Assembly: GCA_010093745.1 (NCBI GenBank)
Contig: MU005994.1
Coordinates: 62,001 to 126,000 of the forward strand
Length of the DNA stretch: 64,000 bases
Origin: Piedraia hortae CBS 480.64
Taxonomy: Eukaryota
Reading direction: 5' to 3'
In this document: piece after piece, positions 62,108 through 64,000 of the stretch
How positions within the stretch are numbered: position 1 is the first letter of the stretch
Layout: each line of letters starts with the position of its first letter
Notes under the pieces: generated by a model
The model's database searches: none
What the model was told of the DNA's origin: nothing
What the model saw: only the letters and a program-made list of their open reading frames with translations
Position numbers and translations under genes: made by a program

Positions 62108-62880
62108 TGCCATTCATCGCTCGAAGGGGAGTATCAAACTTGTACATCATATTTTGTAGGCATTCATGTCATCCTAGACCTGCAACGAAAGGCCTCAACA
62201 CGCTTAAACAAGCCATGAGTTCATCCCACATCCTTGGTAAAGTGAGACATTGGGAGTCTACCTTGCCCAACCCTGCCATGACCAATGTACTTGAAACAAA
62301 AACTTAGGCTCACCTCCTTTACCGCTCGTCCTCCCACTACCGATAACGCTAATACTATCAATCTTGATTCGAATCCATTTCAAAGGACCCGCGGATCGAC
62401 AATGAAATTCTCCTCCATGTCTCACTCTCGCAAAACACTCAGCATCAACATCAGCATTAGCATCCCAACCCCACCAAGAGCATTCCCCTAACCTACAGGA
62501 ACATCAGCCTAACGATGTCTCAGGAGTTCAACAACCTCTCAACCTTTCCCAAGTAGGTTCTGGGCTTCGAAGACTATGAGATCTTAGGCCTCGATCTCGA
62601 CCTTAACCTTTTCGATTTCGAGCCGAGAAGAGACTCTCGCCGCTCACAGATTGATTAAGGAGCCGGTAGCATCATTCATCGACCGGCTGGTTCCGCAGTT
62701 CATCAATCAGTCAACGGCAGTTCTACCAGGATGCAACCCAAGCGTAGGATGGTACTAACCCGCACCCCAAATCTCTCCTACCCCGGCGGGAAAATCATCA
62801 TAATTTCTTGCTGAACTCCACCCCGATAGCAACGCCTCCCATGGCACGAAATGCGCCCGCTCCCCTTCAGCAACATGCAC

Positions 62881-63323
62881 CTGCCACCCCAACAGAAAAT
62901 CAAACGCCCCCGTGACGCCTTCATCATCTTCTGCCAAGCTCATAGCCAGCAAGTCATGTGACATCTCAAAGACGCCAATGAACATGCATCTACAGGTCAG
63001 GTCTCAGCTGTCAATGGCCAGATGTGGAATGCAAGTGCTGAATCTCGCAAAGAGTTTTTCACTCGTGCGGAAGAGGAGAAGCGGGTGCATGTAGTTATGA
63101 ATCCGGGGTATAAGTACCAGCCGAAAGGTTGGGGAAGGGGGGGGGGTGCCGCATTTGCGATGCTGGAGCGGGAAATGATGGGAGGGATGCTCCGCGGAAG
63201 AGGGTTCTGAGGGCTGAGAAGAGAGTGAGGGTTGAGGAGGAGGAGACGGAGGAGAGTAGTGTTGGTGAGGTTGAGGATGAATTTTCGGACAAGGATCGTG
63301 AGGATCCGACTTGGAGGGGGTAG
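62881..63323 (+). pseudogene. HMG-box (MATA_HMG/SOX-like) gene with in-frame stop
   Basis: KIKRPRDAFIIF...VM*HL...VSAVNGQMWN...FFTRAEEEKRVHVVMNPGYKYQPK; TGA at 62959-62961; 5' end unresolved. Confidence 0.8.
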
Positions 63324-64000
63324 GTTTGTTGATTTGATAGGGATATGGGTTTTTTCAATTTGTGCCGGTTCTTTGATCTATTTGTTCTCTTTATCAAGGT
63401 TGCTGGGTAGGACTTGAGCTGCAATCCGACAATAAGAAGGTGGAGATTGATATCTTTGTTGGAGAGCATATATATTACACTGCCAGGACTTGTATCAAGA
63501 CTTAAGAACGTTTCGCAAGTACCTTCGAAAGTATTGCTCTATTATCAAAAATGTAGTCGCGTTTTGAGGTCTAATGGCCAAGATGGCCGGTAATCGGTTG
63601 AAATCACCACGTCTTCTCTCAAGATGTGAATCTCGAATCGTCACACCTGCGCCGTCACGGTTTGAGACGATTGGCGAGCATGTAGCACCAAATTCATCAG
63701 AGCTGCTAATTGATCATCTTTTTGAAAAGTGAAAGCTCAGAGACGTTACAGAAATGCCATTGAAATATTAAGGCCACGTTTCACAATCAAGCCGTCGCAA
63801 GATGTGAAAACACCGGGATCATTTGGCGTAGGGATCAAAAAACCGTTGCCAAGCACGCGCAACGCATTCCCTGTCCATGATTGGCCGAGTCGCTCGCAGG
63901 GCCGCAGCGCATAAGCTATTTTTAGCCGACCTCAATCTTCCTTCCGGTCATGAGAACACAAGGCAAGACTGCAACAACCAACATTCTCCATCGACAAAAC

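Noticed and set aside
1..64000. tRNA, rRNA or snRNA genes
   Set aside because: No convincing motifs found by eye; a covariance-model scan would be needed to exclude them.

Overview
Gene-dense eukaryotic DNA from a filamentous ascomycete (short 44-56 bp GT-AG introns, most with CTAAC/CTGAC branch sites; Dothideomycete-like by inference). Recognisable genes: mannitol-1-P dehydrogenase, CSN7, an SRA-like/AlkB-type dioxygenase, Prp31, Sfp1, Ccc2 Cu-ATPase, an intronless Argonaute, a CBM21 PP1-targeting subunit, a bZIP factor, UbcH10/Ubc11, Efm2/Rrg1, Vps28, Noc2, xylitol/sorbitol dehydrogenase, a divergent PBDC1, RTA1 and a broken HMG-box gene. Between them lie six LTRs of two related families, a dead Tc1 transposase, a PIF/Harbinger-type MITE and several pseudogenes. 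Strongest unexpected signal: two near-identical inverted 376-bp LTRs (3845-4220, 10534-10909) whose 5-bp target-site duplications are swapped, the footprint expected if the 6.3-kb segment carrying the mannitol-1-P dehydrogenase gene was flipped by LTR-LTR recombination. Also notable: a tail-to-tail pair of orphan paralogs (11.7-13.5 kb) and repeated sharp CA-rich to GT-rich strand-skew switches that ignore gene orientation. Coordinates and gene models were derived by eye; no database searches were run.
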